Shown: positions 62,010 to 64,000 of the stretch, in pieces
Numbering within the stretch: the stretch's first letter is position 1
How the letters are laid out: the number at the start of each line of letters is the position of its first letter
Origin: Octopus sinensis
Lineage: Eukaryota
Assembly: GCF_006345805.1 (NCBI RefSeq)
Contig: NC_043007.1
Location: 11,656,001 to 11,720,000, forward strand
Direction of reading: 5' to 3'
Length of the DNA: 64,000 nucleotides
Program-made: the position numbers and the translations under genes
Notes under the pieces: model-generated
Told to the model about the DNA's origin: nothing
Seen by the model: the letters and a program-made list of their open reading frames with translations, nothing else
Database searches by the model: none

Positions 62010-62262
62010 ACATTAGTTCACTTCCTCCACCAGTTGTCAAATAGTGGGGCAACAAACACACACACACACATATATATATGTATATTTGTATATATATATC
62101 ACAGGTTTCCATATACCTACTCACAAGGCATTGGTTGACCCAAGTCTATGATAGAAAATACTTGCCTGACTATGATAGAACACTTGCCTAGGTGCCAAAC
62201 AGTGGGACTGAACCCAAAAACCACATGGTTGTAAAGTGAGCTTCTTAACCACACAACCATGT
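62010..62262 (-). mobile_element. SINE family B, 5' half
   Basis: Reverse-complement head at 62262, microsatellite, then TTGACAACTGGTGG. Confidence 0.75.
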
Positions 62263-62535
62263 CTTTTTAAAGTTGAATAATTAAAGCTTTTAGATTTGAA
62301 GTTATTTAAAGCAATTCATTCTAATTTCTATAACTGTTCAGTTGTGTGTGTGTGATTATTAATGTTCTGATTTCTGCTTTCTTCATGATGGTTTTTCTAA
62401 ATCTCCCATGTGACTGAGGACTGCTCTTCTTGAGCCTTTATAAAATTTTGTCTGTGGTGTCTAACTGCACCCTTTGCTAACAAGTCTTTCATCCTCCCTT
62501 CCACCTTCTGTTTATTTACCCACTAAAGCTTACGT

Positions 62536-62785
62536 GGTGGAGGCACGTGGCTTAGTGGTTAAGGTGTCAGCATCATGATCGTAAGATTGCGGTTTCGATT
62601 CCTGGACCGGGCGACGCGTTGTGTTCTTGAGCAAAACACTTCATTTCACGTTGCTCCAGTCCACTCAGCTGGCAAAAATGAGTAACGCTGCAATGGACTG
62701 GCATCCCGTCCAGCTAGAGAACACATACGCCATAGAAACTGGGTCCATGAACCTGGCTAAGCTTTAAAAGGGTGCATTTATTTTT
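62536..62785 (+). mobile_element. SINE family D with T3-type tail and TSD
   Basis: AGCTTACGT at 62527-62535 and 62788-62796; tail GAGTAACGCTGCAATGGACTGGCATCCCGTCCAG. Confidence 0.88.
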
Positions 62786-63334
62786 AGAGCTTACGTTACC
62801 CTTGATGAGACATCCATTGTGACTGTGAAATCACAGTCTCTGAGCAAGGCATATAACTCTGTTTCATCAGTTTGACTGGCTGACACAGATTTCATTTCTT
62901 CTTTGTAGGTTGAGTGCTTAGCAGCAGGAAGTGTCATATATAACTCTAAAGATAATTATTCTCGCAATAATTGATAAAATGTATATGAGATAGCCAATAG
63001 TTTGTATACATGATTATATATTCACACAGTTGCATCCTGCTAATTGCTATGATTTAAAACACCTCTTTCCCCAATATATATATCCCTGTTTAATGCAAAT
63101 ATTATTAATTGAAATATATCAAAATGATAATTACTATTTAACCCCAGGTCAGCTTTGAACAAGCAGACTTGTGATTAGGCATTCCAATCTTGATCATCCT
63201 GTTGTTTTCCCCACCCTACCCCAGTCATAGTATTACTATATTATCTGTGTCCATTTTTTTTTTAAATATATACCAAGAAGTGTTTTGAATGAGATTTGGC
63301 TGTTATTTCTAAGTTGTTGATCCATTAATACACA

Positions 63335-63519
63335 TAGGCACAAGAGTGGCTGTGTGGTAAGTAGCTTGCTTACCAACCACATGATTCCAGGTTCAGTCCC
63401 ACTGCATGGCACCTTGCGCAAATGTCTTTTACTATAGACTTGGGCAGACCAAAGCCTTGTGAGTGAATTTGGTAGATGGAGACTGAAAGAAGCTCATCAT
63501 ATATATATATATATATGTA

Positions 63520-63554
<35 letters not shown>

Positions 63555-63831
63555 TTGTGTGTCTGTGTTTGTCCCCACAACATTAGTTCACTTCCTCCAC
63601 CAATTGTCAAATAGTGGGGCAACAAATACAAAGACACACACACGTATATGTATGTATTTATATATATATAAACCGATGCTGATGTGTTTACGCCACCGTA
63701 ACTTAGCAGTTCTGCAAAAGAGACCGATAAGTACTAGGCTTACAAAGAATAAGTCCTGGGGGCAATTTGCTCGACTAAAGGCTGTGCTCCAGCATGGCCA
63801 CAGTCAAATAACTGAAACAAGTGAAAGAGTA
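63335..63831 (+). mobile_element. SINE family B with an internal inverted insert
   Basis: Head and end intact; 63580-63670 is inverted B-derived sequence. Confidence 0.88.
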
Positions 63832-64000
63832 AAAGGTTACTCTCATTAGCTCAAAGGACAGCTTCTGTTGTGGTTATATAACATGGTGTGATTCGAGGGA
63901 GATTTGGTTGCTATTTCTAACCAGAACCAGTTGAGCATTCACAAACAAGATTTCATTTAGTCAAAGGACATAAGGGAGATTTGGTTGCTATTTCTAACTG

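Noticed and set aside
62536-62615. tRNA genes at SINE heads
   Set aside because: They have A- and B-boxes but no complete cloverleaf, and they run straight into SINE cores.
62800-62840. TTGATGAG..GAAAT..GTC hammerhead-like string
   Set aside because: C3 is missing, stem I does not pair, and a competing GACTGTGA/TCACAGTC hairpin sequesters the core.

Overview
AT-rich, repeat-saturated metazoan genomic DNA, most consistent with an octopus (coleoid cephalopod). This is inferred from the tRNA-derived SINE families and the very high microsatellite load; no database search was run. No protein-coding gene can be named: the long ORFs in the track come from microsatellites, SINEs or decayed transposons, and only weak candidate exons suggest a possible long-intron gene. 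My working labels for the interspersed families are as follows. A/A': tRNA-derived SINE with head GGCGGCGAGCTGGCAG, B-box GAGTTCAAATTCC and two alternative tails. B: tRNA-derived SINE with a CORE-like GGCACCTTGGGCAAGTG motif and an internal (TA)n(TG)n. C and D: related tRNA-head SINEs with swappable 3' tails. E and I: elements ending in an RTE-type 3' tail plus (GAT)n. G: unclassified ~0.55 kb element in (ATT/TAA)n. The window also holds decayed RTE and R4/Dong-type LINE fragments, a mariner 5' fragment, Tc2-like and piggyBac-like MITEs, a Helentron-like element and a 100-N gap. The most notable items are an apparently intact type I hammerhead ribozyme (22315-22407) in a (TA)n-bounded unit, a spacerless 554-bp palindrome with Penelope-like features (20741-21294), and a second, degenerate hammerhead candidate (57615-57653). 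Coordinates of decayed repeats are approximate (about +/-10 bp).
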